A DNA stretch of 64,000 bases from the human T2T-CHM13v2.0 reference genome, Homo sapiens: the NCBI RefSeq assembly GCF_009914755.1, contig NC_060938.1; one strand, given 5' to 3'. Shown here one piece after another: positions 1 through 22,022 of the stretch. Position 1 is the first letter of the stretch. Each line of letters starts with the position of its first letter. The translations under genes were made by a program, and so were the position numbers. Under the pieces are notes generated by a model. It did not search any database. It was not told the DNA's origin and saw nothing but the letters and a program-made list of their open reading frames with translations.

Positions 1-5558
<5,558 letters not shown>

Positions 5559-5559
<1 letters not shown>

Positions 5560-8500
5560 AAACTGCTCAATGAAATAAAGGTTCAACTCTGTGACATGAA
5601 TGCACACATCAGAAAGAAATTTCTCAGAATATTTCTGAATCGTTTTTATGTGAAGATATTTCCTTTTCCACTATTGGCCTCAAAGTGCCCCAAATCTCCA
5701 CATGCAGATTCTAAAAAAAGAGTGTTTCAAAGCTGCTCAATCAAAAGAAAGTTTCAACACTCTGAGATGAATGCACACGTCACAAAGAAGTTTCTCAGAA
5801 TGCTTCTGTCTACTTTTTATGTGAAGATATTTCCTTTTCCACCATTGGCCTCAAAGCACTCCAAATGTCCTCTTGCATATTCTACAAAAAGAGTGTTTCA
5901 AAGCTGCTGAATCAAAAGAAATGTTCAACACTGTGAGATGAATGCACCCATCACAAAAAAAGTTTCTCAGAATGCTTCTGTCTAGTTTTTATTTGAAGAT
6001 ATTTCCTTTTACACCATAGGCCTCAAAACGCTCCAAATGTAAACATCCAGATCGTACAAAAATAGTTTTTCCAAACTGCTCCATCAAAATAACAGTTTAA
6101 CTCTGTGAGATGAATGCACACATCACAAAGAATTTTCTCTGAATGATTCTGTCTAGTTTTTACGGGAATATATTTCCTTTTCCACCATAGGACTCTAAGC
6201 GCTCCAAATGTCCAATACTAGATGCTACAAAAAGAGGGTTTCAAAGCTGCTGGATCAAAAGAAAGGTTCAAATCTGTGAGATGAATGTATGCACACATCA
6301 CAAAGAGTTTCTCAAAATGCTTCTCTCTAGTTTTTATATCAAGATATTTCCTTTTCCTCCATAGGACTCTAAGCACTCCAAATGTCCAATTCTAGACTCT
6401 ACAAAAAGAGTGTTTCAAAACTGCTCAATCGAAAGTAAGTTTCAACCCTGTGAGATGAATGCAGACATCATAAAGAGGTTTTTCAGAATGTTTCTGTCTA
6501 GTTTTTATGTGAAGATATTTCCTTTTCCACCATAGGCCTCAAAGCACTCCAAATGTCTGCTTGTGGATTCTACGAAAAGAGTGTTTCAAAACTGCTCAAT
6601 CAAAAGAAAGGTTCATCTCTGTGAGACGAATGCACACATCACAAAGAAGTTTCACAGAATGCTTCTGTCTAGTTTTTATGTGAAGATATTTCCTTTTCCA
6701 CTGTAGGACACAAAGAGCTCAAAATGTTCACTTGCAGAGTCTAAAAAGGAGTTTTTCAAAGCTGCTCAATCAAAAGTATGGTTCAACTCTGTAAGATAAA
6801 TGCACACAACACAAAGAAGTTTCTCAGAATGCTTCCGCCTAGTTGTTAAGTGAAGATATTTCCTTCTCCACCTTATGCCTCAAAGTGCACCAAATGTCCA
6901 CTTGCGGATTCCACAAAAAGAGTGTTTCAAAACTGCTCAGTCAAAAGAAAGGTTCAACTCTGTGAGTTGAATGCACACATCACAAAGAAGCTTGTGAGAA
7001 TGTTTCTGTATAGTTTTTATGTGAAGATAATTCCTTTTCCACCATAGGCCTCAAATCACTCCAAATGTCCACTTGCAGATCCTACAAAAAGAGTGTTTCA
7101 AAGGTGCTCAATCTAAGGAGAGGTTCAACTCTGTGTGATGAATGCACACATCACAAAGAAGTTTCTCAGAATGTTTTTGTCTAGTTATAATGAGAAGATA
7201 TTTCTTTTTCCACCATAGGCCTCAAAGACCTCCAAATGTCCACTTGCTGCTCCTATAAAAAGAGGGTTTCAAAACTGCTCAATTGAAAGTTATGTTCAAC
7301 TCTGTGAGATGAATGCATACATCATGAAGAAGTTTCTCAGAATTCTTCTGTCTAGTTTTTATGTGAAGATATTTCGTTTTCCACCACAGGCTGCAAAGCG
7401 CTCCAAATGTTCAATTGTAGATTCTACAAAACGATTGTTTCAAAACTGTTCAATCAAAAGAAAGTCACAACTCTTTGAGATGAATTCACACATCACAAAG
7501 GAGTTTGTCAGAATGCTTCTGTCTAGTTTTTATGTGAGGACATTTCCTTTTCCACCATATGCTGCAAAGAGCTCCAAATGTCCACTTGCAGAGTCTATAA
7601 AAAGAGTTTTTCAAAGCTGCTCAAAAAAAAAAGAAAGGTTCAACTCTGTGAAATGAATGCACCCATCACAAAGAAGTTTCTCAGAATTATTCTGTCTAGT
7701 ACTTAAGTGAAGATAGTTTGTTTTCCCCCATAGGCCTCAAAGCGTTCCAATTGTCCACTAGCAGATTCTACAAAAAGAGAGTTTCCAAGTTGCTCAATCA
7801 AAAGAAAGATTCAACTCTGTCAGACGAATGGACACATCACAAAGAAGTTTCTCAGAATGTTTCTGAACAGTTTTTATGTGAAGAAATTTCCATTTCCACC
7901 ATAGTCCGCAAAGCGCTCCAAATGTCCACTTGGAGATTCTACAAAAAGAGTGTGTCAAAACTGCTCAATCAAAAGAAAGTTTCAACTCTGTGAGATGAAT
8001 GCACATATCACAAAGAACTTTCTCAGAATGCTTCTGTCTAATTATAATATGAAAATATTTTGTTTTCTGCCTTAGGCCTCAAAGCTCTCCAAATGTTAAC
8101 TTGCAGACCCTTTTCCACCATAGGCCTCAAAGCGCTTCAAATATCCACTTGCAGATTCCGCAAAAAGAATATTTGAAAGCAGCTAAATCAAAAGAAATGT
8201 TCAACACTGTGAGAAGAATGCACACATCACAAAGGAGCTTCTCAAAATGCCTCTGCCTAGTTTTTATGTGAAGATATTTCCTTTTCCACCATAGGCTGCC
8301 AAGCATTAAAAATATCCACTTGCAGATTCTACAAAAAGAGTGTTTCCAAACTGCTCAATCGAAAGTATGTTTGAACTCTGTGAGATGAATGCACACATCA
8401 CAAAGATGTTTCAGAGAATGCTCCTGTGTAGTTTTTATGTGAAGATATTTCCTTTTCCACCATAGGCCCCAAAGAGCTCCAAATGTCCACTTGCAGATTC

Positions 8501-11500
8501 TACAAAAAGAGTGTTTCAAAACTGCTCAACCAAAAGTAAACTTCAACTCTGTGAGATGAATGCACACATCAAAAAGAAGTTTCTCACAATGCTTCTGTCT
8601 AGTTGTTATGTGAAGATATTTCTTTTTCCACCACTGGCCTCAGAGCGCTCCAAATATCCTCTTGCAGATTCTACAAAAAGAGTGTTTAAAAATTGCTCAA
8701 TCAAAGGTAAGGTTCAACTCGGTGAGATGAATGCACATATCACACAGAAGTTTCTCAGAATGCTTCGGTCTACCTTTTATGTGAAAATATTTCCTTTTCC
8801 ACCAGAAGACTCAAAGCGCTCAAAACAACCACTGGCCGATTATACATAAAGAGTGTTTCAAAACTGCTCAATCAAAAGAAAGGTTCAACTCTGTAAGATG
8901 AATGCACACACCCCAAAGAAGTTTCTCAGAATGCTTCTGTCTAGTTTTTATGTGAAGGTATTTCCTTTTCCACCGTAGGCCTCAAAGCGCTTCAAATATC
9001 CACTTGCAGATTCTGCAAAAAGAATATTTGAAAGCAGCTAAATCAAAAGAAATGTTCAGCACTGTGAGATGAATGCACACATCACAAAGGAGCTTCTCAA
9101 AATGCCTCTGTCTAGTTTTTATGTGAAGATATTTCCTTTTCCACCATAGGCTGCCAAGCGTTAAAAATATCCACTTGCAGGTTCCACAAAAAGAGTGTTT
9201 CAAAACTTCTCAATCAAAAGAAAGGTTCAACTCTGTGAGATGAATGTACACATCACAAAGAAGTTTCTCAGAATGCTTCGGTGTAGTTTTTAGGTGAAGA
9301 TATTTCCCTTTCCACCATAGGCCCCAAAGCGCTCCAAATATCCACTTGCAGATACTACAAAAAGTGTTTTTCAAAACTGCTGAATCCAAAGAAATGTTCA
9401 ACTTTGTGAGATGAATGCACACATCAGAAAGAACTTACTCAGACTTCTTCTGTGTTGTTTTTAGGTGAAGATATTTCCGTTTCCACCATAGGACTTGAAG
9501 CCCTCAAAATATCCACTTGTTCATTCCACAAAAAGTGTGCTTCAAATCTGCTCAATCAAAAGAAAGTTTCAATTCTGTGAGATGAATGCACACATCACAA
9601 AGTAGTTTATCAGAATGCTTCTGTCCAGTTTTTATGTGAAGATATTTCCTTCTCCACCATAGACCTTAAGGCGCTCCAAATATCCACTTGCAGATTTTAC
9701 AAAAAGAGTGTTTCAAACTGCTCAAAAGAAAGGTTCAACTCTGTGTGTTGAATGCGCAAATCACAAAGAAGTTTCTCGGAATGCTTCTGTGTAGTTTTTA
9801 TGTGAAGATATTTCCTTCTCCACTGTAGACCTTAAAGCACTCCAATTATCCACTTGCAGATCGTACAAAAAGAGGTTTCAAACTGCTCAATCAAAAGAAA
9901 GGTTCAACTCTGTGAGCTGAATGCACAAATCACAAAGAAATTTCTCAGAATGCTCCCGTCCAGTTTTTACGTGAAGATGTTTCCTTTTACCACCATTGGC
10001 CACAAAGCGCTCAAAATATCCACTTGCAGATTCTACAAAAATAGTGTTTCAAAACTGCTCAATCAAAAGAAAGGTTCAGCTCTGAGACATGAATGCACAC
10101 ATCACAAAGGAGTTTCTCAGAAGGCTTCTGTCTAGTTTTTATGTGAAGATATTTCCGTTTCCACTATAGGCCGCAAAGCGCTCCAAATATCCACTTGCAG
10201 ATTCTACAAAAAGATATTTTCCAAACTCCTCAATCAAAAGAAAGTTTAAACTCTGTGAGTCGAATGCACACATCACAAAGAAGTTTCTCAGAATACTTCT
10301 GTCTAGTTTTTAATTGAAGATACTTCCTTTTCCACCATTGTGCTCAAAGCACTCCAAGTATCCACTTTCAGATTCTACAAAAAGAGTGTTTCAAAACTGC
10401 TCAATCAAAACAAAGTTTCAATTCTGTGAGATGAATGCACACATCACAAAGAAGTTTCTCAGAATGCTTCTGTCTAGTATTTATGTGAAGATATTTCCTT
10501 TTCTACAATAGGCCTCAAACCACTCCAAATATCCACTTGCAAATACTACAAAAAGATTGTTTCAAAACTGCTCAATCAAAAGAAATCTTCAACTGTGTGA
10601 GTTGAATGCACACATCACAAAGAACTTTCTCAGAATGCTTCTGTGTAGTTTTTATTTGAAGATATTTCCTTTTCCACCACAAGCCCCAAACTGATCCAAA
10701 TATCCACATGCAGATCCTTCAAAAGAAGTGTTTCAAAACTGTTCAATCAAAAGAAAGGTTCAATTCTGTGAGATGAATGCACACATCACAAAGAAGTTTC
10801 TCATAAGGCATTTGTGTAGTTTTTATGTGAAGATGTTTCCTTTTCCTCCATAGGCCTCAAATCGCTCCAAATGTCCACTTGCAGATTCTACAAAAGAGTG
10901 TTTCAAAGCTGCTCAATCAAAAGAAATGTTCAGCTCTGTGAGATGAAGGCACACATCACAAAGAAGTTTCTCAGGATGCTTCTGTCTAGTTTTTAAGGGA
11001 AGATATTTCCCTTTCCTCTAGAGGTCCAAAAGCCCTCCAACTTTGCAGATACTAGAAAAAGAGTGTTTCAAAACTGCTCAATCAAAAGAATATTTCAACT
11101 CTGTGAGTTGAATGCACACATCACAAAGAAGTTTCTCAGAATGCTTCTGTCTAGTTTTTATGTGAAGATATTTCCTTTTCCACCATAGGTCCCAAAGCAC
11201 TCAAAATATCCACTTGCAGGTTCTACAAAAAGAGTGTTTCAAAACTTCTCTATCAAGAGAAACATTCAACTGTGTGAGATGAATGCACAGATCACAGAGG
11301 AGTTTCTCAGAATGCTTCTATCTGGTTTTGATGTGAAGATATTTACTTTTCCACCATAGGCTGTAAAGCCCTCCAAATATCCACTTGCAGACACTACAAA
11401 AAGAGTATTTCAAAAGTGCTAAATCAAAAGAAAAGTTCAACTCTGTGAGGTGAATGCACACATCACAAAGAAGTTTCTCAGAATGCTTCTTTCTTGTCTT

Positions 11501-11524
11501 TATGTGAAGATATTTCCTTTTCCA
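5559..11524 (-). repeat. Alpha satellite, divergent monomeric array, part 2
   Basis: Same ~171-bp periodicity and orientation, resuming in register after the L1 TSD. Ends mid-monomer at ...gatatttccttttcca. Confidence 0.98.
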
Positions 11525-11620
11525 TTCAGAACCTCGTAGCAGTGTTCTGTAATCCTGTGTGAGGGACAAACACTCAGAATCCAGCCACTGTGTACTGGAA
11601 TCCTATCTGAGGGCACACAT
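11523..11620. repeat. Two 48-bp CER-like (centromeric 48-bp satellite) monomers
   Basis: cattcagaacctcgtagcagtgttctgtaatcctgtgtgagggacaaa (11523-11570) is followed by cactcagaatccagccactgtgtactggaatcctatctgagggcaca. Matches the recalled CER motif gcagtgttctggaatcctatgtgagggacaaacactcaga. Confidence 0.8.
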
Positions 11621-12559
11621 TTAAAATCCAGATGTAGTCTCCTTGCTTTAGTGAATACACTTATCTCCTTTTCCTGCTATACATTTAGGCAAATTATTTT
11701 TCTGTATCTTAAATAAATGGTAAATACCTGAAATTTCTTACTTTTTCCAGGCAGAGTGTCTTCACTATTTAGCTGTAGAAGTATAACTATTTTTGCCTGT
11801 GTCACAATTTTGTACTCAGGAACCCTGGCCATGTCACTAGCCAAACGGACATAACTTATGGAATACATGGACAGCATCCGGTTGATATGCTCTAGAGAAA
11901 AATAGCAGCTACCATAGACTTCAGGAAAGACACATCGAGCAAATGACAAAAATGTGGGTTTCCTACCTTCAGGGAGTCTAAGAACGCAGTAGAAAGTGAT
12001 GTGGAGCAAACATCTTTCAAATGGAAGGAAGGGATAGGGAAAGAAGACTGTTACAGGCTCTTTTGAATGTTAGAGGCAACATAAAACATATTTGGATGTG
12101 TATTCTAAATAAAATGCAAATGTCAAGAAGGATGTCAGCTGTGAGTGGGACTCAGAGAAAGAGAAACGTTTTGGACTTCAGAGGCCTGCAGTACAAGTGG
12201 ATCTACTATTTTGTTTAGGGAATCCAATGCCTCAGGTATCTATGAGAGGCAGAATTTTCCTATGGAGCCAGCGGCAAGGCTCCAGAGGAGAAATACAATA
12301 CAAGTCACTTTATTTTGGAGTAAAAGCCTTTTGTACAAAAATTACCCGCCCCCTCCTTTTTTGAGAAACAATTTCACATTGGGATACTAATAAGAAGGAA
12401 TGCTCAGTCATGAATAAGGGTGACCCCGTTGTGATCTGAGCATTATAGGATCATACTAACTACAACCAGTCTTCCATCATTCCATGGAAATTGCATGTAT
12501 GCCACTTTGCCTTCTCAGTTTCCAAGGGATCAATTAATGAACAGGCTACTCACATTTTC

Positions 12560-13100
12560 AGCATCCTACTCCTGCCACACTTCCACCCTTCTTTCTATTT
12601 ATCTGTGATTCATAGAGATTTGCCTATGACTGGATTCCTGAGGAGAAAAAAGTCTGGATTACAGATGGCATTCCTTGTTATGGAAGGCCCTTCCTTCTGA
12701 AAGTCTATTTCTATCCTGTTCTTTTCCTGTGCTGTCAAAGGGTCACCCCTTTGTGCAAAGGAGAAGAGAAATCCATCAAGTAAATAAAATTTCACTTACC
12801 TTTGTAAAAAATATTTCTACCAATTCACGTGGAGGACCTTATGGTTTGGTCCGATAATCAGAGATTTGAAAGAACCTGATATTGTTGGCCAGCAGATTAG
12901 AAAAGAGTTATTAGAGAGAGATGGCTCAAGTGATAATAACTGTGTGCCTTGTGAATGCTCACCTAAACCAAAGATCACTGAAGATAATGTATTTTACCAT
13001 AATGTTTTAATCTCAGGTAAATGCCAACCAGGAGACAGACACTTGTTTATCTCCTGATTGGTATTGATCTGAATTAAGCTGTCTGCCATTTGGAGAAATT
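12560..13100 (+). mobile_element. Highly decayed ERVL/MaLR internal (pol RNase H-like) remnant
   Basis: gcctatgactggattcctgaggagaaaaaagtctggattacagatggc resembles ERVL 'PYDQL.EEEK..AWFTDG'. Downstream gtgaatgctcac resembles 'HVNAH'. Confidence 0.4.
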
Positions 13101-13169
13101 TAAATGCTATTTTAAACACACAGTCTTGTTACTTGAGTTGTTTATGATCTTAAGCTGCTCCCCTCCTTT

Positions 13170-13639
13170 TGTGGGTTAGATTGTGTCTTCAAAAAGAAAA
13201 AATATATATTAGAGTTCTAGCCCCTGATGTCTGTGAGTATGACTTAATTTGAAATCAAATTATTTGCAGATGCTGTATAATTATGATATGCTAGATGAGC
13301 TCATAATGCATTAGAGTGGGCCATAATTCAATATGGTTGATATCCTCATAAGAAGGGAAGAGGAAACAGAGACACAGGGAGGAGATGGCCATGTGAGGAT
13401 GGAGGTAGAGAACAAAGTGAGGTATCCTCCAGCCAAGCAATGACAATGAAGCTCAGTGATCACCCGGTGCTAGTAGAAGCAAGAAAGGATTTTTTCCCAG
13501 GTCCTTCAGAGAAAAATGCAGCACTGCTAACTCCTTCATTTAAGATTTCTAGCTTCCTGAATCATAAAAGAATAACTTTATCTCATTTTAAGCGACCTAA
13601 TGTGAACCACTTTGTCACAGCAGATGTAGGAAATCACAC
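13170..13639 (+). mobile_element. MLT1-type (ERVL-MaLR) LTR
   Basis: Begins tgtgggttagattgtgtc; internal ttatttgcagatg...cctcataagaagg...ggccatgtgaggatggagg...ccagccaag; ends ctttgtcacagcag...ggaaatcacac. Confidence 0.75.
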
Positions 13640-13749
13640 GTCCTTAAAGAATGCAGAATCCTAGCCCGTGCTTGCCTCATACCTATTGAATGAGAATTTA
13701 AGGGCTCTAGAATCTGCATTTTGAAACTAATACATAATACACAAAGAGA

Positions 13750-13945
13750 ACTCACTAAGTACTCTACATGCACTTCATCCTCACAAGCCATGAAGTAGTT
13801 TACTATTATAATTCTCATTTTACATATGGGAAACTGGAGCATTAAAAGATTAAGTAATTTGCCTACAGTCACTCACATAACCAGAAAGTGGAAGAGCTGG
13901 GATTCAATCCCAGTTCCAGACATCCTGATATCCTGGGTTCAGACA
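13750..13945 (-). mobile_element. MIR SINE remnant
   Basis: ctcattttacatatgggaaactggagc...aagtaatttgcct...agagctgggattcaatcccag, the MIR core. Confidence 0.7.
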
Positions 13946-14089
13946 CCACACACTTAGCAACTATTACACACTTAGCATTATTATTATTATTCTTTTAATC
14001 ACCATCTCCACCTTCTTAAGCACTCAAAAGTTGAAATCCAGTGGTGTGTTGCTGTTTCCATTCATAGCAAGTTATAGCCACAATCATAA

Positions 14090-14464
<375 letters not shown>

Positions 14465-14680
14465 CTTTCACCCATTGAAATCTCATTTCAACAATTACCA
14501 TCTTTTTTGAGTGGTATTTTTGAAGATATAAATGAATTCCCTATAATACATAGTGAGAATATTTATGGGAGCTTCCTAATTGACCTTTCTAAACATTCTG
14601 CATTGCTTCTCATTTCCTTCTTTAAATTTCTTTCTACCTTGACTTCCTTAAGACCACTCAATATTGGCCCCATGCTTTCA

Positions 14681-15018
<338 letters not shown>

Positions 15019-15305
15019 CATGCTTTCTTTTTAATAACTCCTTGCTGCCTAGTTTTTTCATGTCCACTGTGTAAGTACTAGTCTTTTTTTTTTTTTTTTT
15101 ATTATACTCTAAGTTTTAGGGTACATGTGCACATTGTGCAGGTTAGTTACATATGTATACATGTGCCATGCTGGTGCGCTGCACCCACTAATGTGTCATC
15201 TAGCATTAGGTATATCTCCCAATGCTATCCCTCCCCCCTCCCCCGACCCCACCACAGTCCCCAGAGTGTGATATTCCCCTTCCTGTGTCCATGTGATCTC
15301 ATTGT

Positions 15306-19171
<3,866 letters not shown>

Positions 19172-19210
19172 TCATTAGTTGATGCAGTTTCTTCCTAGTC
19201 TCGATGGTCT

Positions 19211-20227
19211 TTACATTTTGGCATGATTTTGCAGGGGCTGGTACCGGTTGTTCCTTTCCATGTTTAGCGCTTCCTTCAGGAGCTCTTTTAGGGCAGGCCT
19301 GGTGGTGACAAAATCTCTCAGCATTTGCTTGTCTATAAAGTATTTTATTTCTCCTTCACTTATGAAGCTTAGTTTGGCTGGATATGAAATTCTGGGTTGA
19401 AAATTCTTTTCTTTAAGAATGGTGAATATTGGCCCCCACTCTCTTCTGGCTTGTAGGGTTTCTGCCGAGAGATTCACTGTTAGTCTGATGGGCTTTCCTT
19501 TGAGGGTAACCCGACCTTTCTCTCTGGCTGCCCTTAACATTTTTTCCTTCATTTCAACTTTGGTGAATCTGACAATTATGTGTCTTGGAGTTGCTCTTCT
19601 CGAGGAGTATCTTTGTGGCGTTCTCTGTATTTCCTGAATCTGAACGTTGGCCTGCCTTGCTAGATTGGGGAAGTTCTCCTGGATAATATCCTGCAGAGTG
19701 TTTTCCAACTTGGTTCCATTCTCCACATCACTTTCAGGTACACCAATCAGACGTAGATTTGGTCTTTTCACATAGTCCCATATTTCTTGGAGGCTTTGCT
19801 CATTTCTTTTTACTCTTTTTTCTCTAAACTTCCCTTCTCGCTTCATTTCATTCATTTCATCTTCCATTGCTGATACCCTTTCTTCCAGTTGATCGCATTG
19901 GCTCCTGAGGCTTCTGCATTCTTCACGTAGTTCTCGAGCCTTGGTTTTCAGCTCCATCAGCTCCTTTAAGCACTTCTCTGTATTGGTTATTCTAGTTATA
20001 CATTCTTCTAAATTTTTTTCAAAGTTTTCAACTTCTTTGCCTTTGGTTTGAATGTCCTCCCGTAGCTCAGAGTAATTTGATCATCTGAAGCCTTCTTCTC
20101 TCAGCTCGTCAAAATCATTCTCCATCCAGCTTTGTTCTGTTGCTGGTGAGGAACTGCGTTCCTTTGGAGGAGGAGAGGCATTCTGCGTTTTAGAGTTTCC
20201 AGTTTTTCTGTTCTGTTTTTTCCCCAT
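19211..20227 (-). pseudogene. ORF1: L1 ORF1 (RNA-binding chaperone), disrupted
   Basis: ATG at 20227 (MGKKQNRKTG), full 1017-bp span, but a premature TGA at 20081-20083 (codon 49, CGA>TGA). The downstream 248 aa are open. Confidence 0.95.
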
Positions 20228-21136
20228 CTTTGTGGTTTTATCTACTTTTGGTCTTTGATGATGGTGATGTACAGATGGGTTTTCGGTGTAGATGTCCTTT
20301 CTGTTTGTTAGTTTTCCTTCTAACAGACAGGACCCTCAGCTGCAGGTCTGTTGGAATACCCTGCCGTGTGAGGTGTCAGTGTGCCCCTGCTGGGGGGTGC
20401 CTCCCAGTTAGGCTGCTTGGGGGTCAGGGGTCAGGGACCCACTTGAGGAGGCAGTCTGCCCATTCTCAGATCTCCAGCTGCGTGCTGGGAGAACCACTGC
20501 TCTCTTCAAAGCTGTCAGACAGGGACACTTAAGTCTGCAGAGGTTACTGCTGTCTTTTTGTTTGTCTGTGCCCTGCCCCCAGAGGTGGAGCCTACAGAGG
20601 CAGGCAGGCCTCCTTGAGCTGTGGTGGGCTCCACCCAGTTGGAGCTTCCTGGCTGCTTTGTTTACCTAAGCAAGCCTGGGCAATGGCGGGTGCCCCTCCC
20701 CCAGCCTCGTTGCCGCCTTGCAGTTTGATCTCAGACTGCTGTGCTAGCAATCAGCGAGATTCCGTGGGCGTAGGACCCTCTGAGCCAGGTGTGGGATATA
20801 GTCTCGTGGTGCGCCATTTCTTAAGCCGGTCTGAAAAGCGCAATATTCGGGTTGGAGTGACCCGATTTTCCAGGTGCGTCCGTCACCCCTTTCTTTGACT
20901 CGGAAAGGGAACTCCCTGACCCCTTGCGCTTCCCAGGTTAGGCAATGCCTCGCCCTGCTTCAGCTCGCGCACGGTGCGCACACACACTGGCCTGCGCCCA
21001 CTGTCTGGCACTCCCTAGTGAGATGAACCCGGTACCTCAGATGGAAATGCAGAAATCACCCGTCTTCTGCGTCGCTCACGCTGGGAGCTGTAGACCGGAG
21101 CTGTTCCTATTCGGCCATCTTGGCTCCTCCTCCTCC
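20228..21136 (-). promoter_or_regulatory. L1 5'UTR with internal sense promoter (YY1 site near the 5' end) and antisense promoter
   Basis: Complete CpG-rich 5'UTR. YY1 motif caagatggcc intact (ggccatcttg at ~21113-21122). Confidence 0.8.
20683..20898 (+). CDS. ORF0: L1 ORF0 (71-aa antisense ORF in the 5'UTR), open
   Basis: ATG in gcaATGG context. MAGAPPPASLPPCSLISDCCASNQRDSVGVGPSEPGVGYSLVVRHFLSRSEKRNIRVGVTRFSRCVRHPFL* matches primate L1 ORF0. Expression unknown. Confidence 0.85.
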   Translation: MAGAPPPASLPPCSLISDCCASNQRDSVGVGPSEPGVGYSLVVRHFLSRSEKRNIRVGVTRFSRCVRHPFL

Positions 21137-21894
21137 GTAAGTACTAGTCTTAATGGGTATTTATTTTCTTACTATTCTGCACCAATGTTTCCCTGATTGA
21201 CAATAGTTTTCCTGAAATGTATTCTTGGAATGGAATTCTATGATATGTTTAGAAAATTCTGCATACCTTATACTTCAGAATGTGTATGTAAAAGACTCCA
21301 GTAAATGATCCAGGGAAGCAAAAATATTTGTGAGTTTTGCGAGTTGTATTCATATGTGTATAAAATTCCTACAGCACTTTGGGTAACAATGCTCTGCACA
21401 CTTTTCCTGTGCTCCTTTTATCCATTCCCACACTTCCAGCATTTCCTTTGACGTTTGATTTTCTTTATTTTTTTTTTACTCCAATATTTTCCTGTAGGTT
21501 TCAGACCTATATTTTAAAATGTCAACTGATTCTCCCCCTCTGTCTTCACCACCTGCATCTCAAATTTGACATAGCCATAAACACATTTTATATTTTGGCA
21601 AATAAATCTATTTCTTTTAAAGCATTGCCCATCTCAGCTAATGATGATAATATCAAGCCAGTCGCCAAGAAAATTTAGAGTATATATACCTTGTCTCTTC
21701 CTTCTAAATGAATTATTAAGTTCAGATGTTTCTACCTTGAATTACCTTTCTATTCCGCCATTTCTCTTCTGTATTGCTGCTAATGTTTTAATTTAGTCAT
21801 TCATCACATCATGCCTGTACTGCTGGAATAATCTTGACTATTCTTTCTGACTTTTTCTTCTAACTGCATCTCAAAAACTTCTATCTAGAATGAA

Positions 21895-22022
21895 AATAAG
21901 TATATATATATACTATATATACATACATATATACACACACACTATATGTATGTGTATAGTATAAGTATAGACATGCTATATACTATATATATATGCTATA
22001 TATTTATATACACACACACCCA
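21895..22022. repeat. (TA)n/(CA)n low-complexity microsatellite
   Basis: Runs of tatata/tacaca. Confidence 0.8.
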
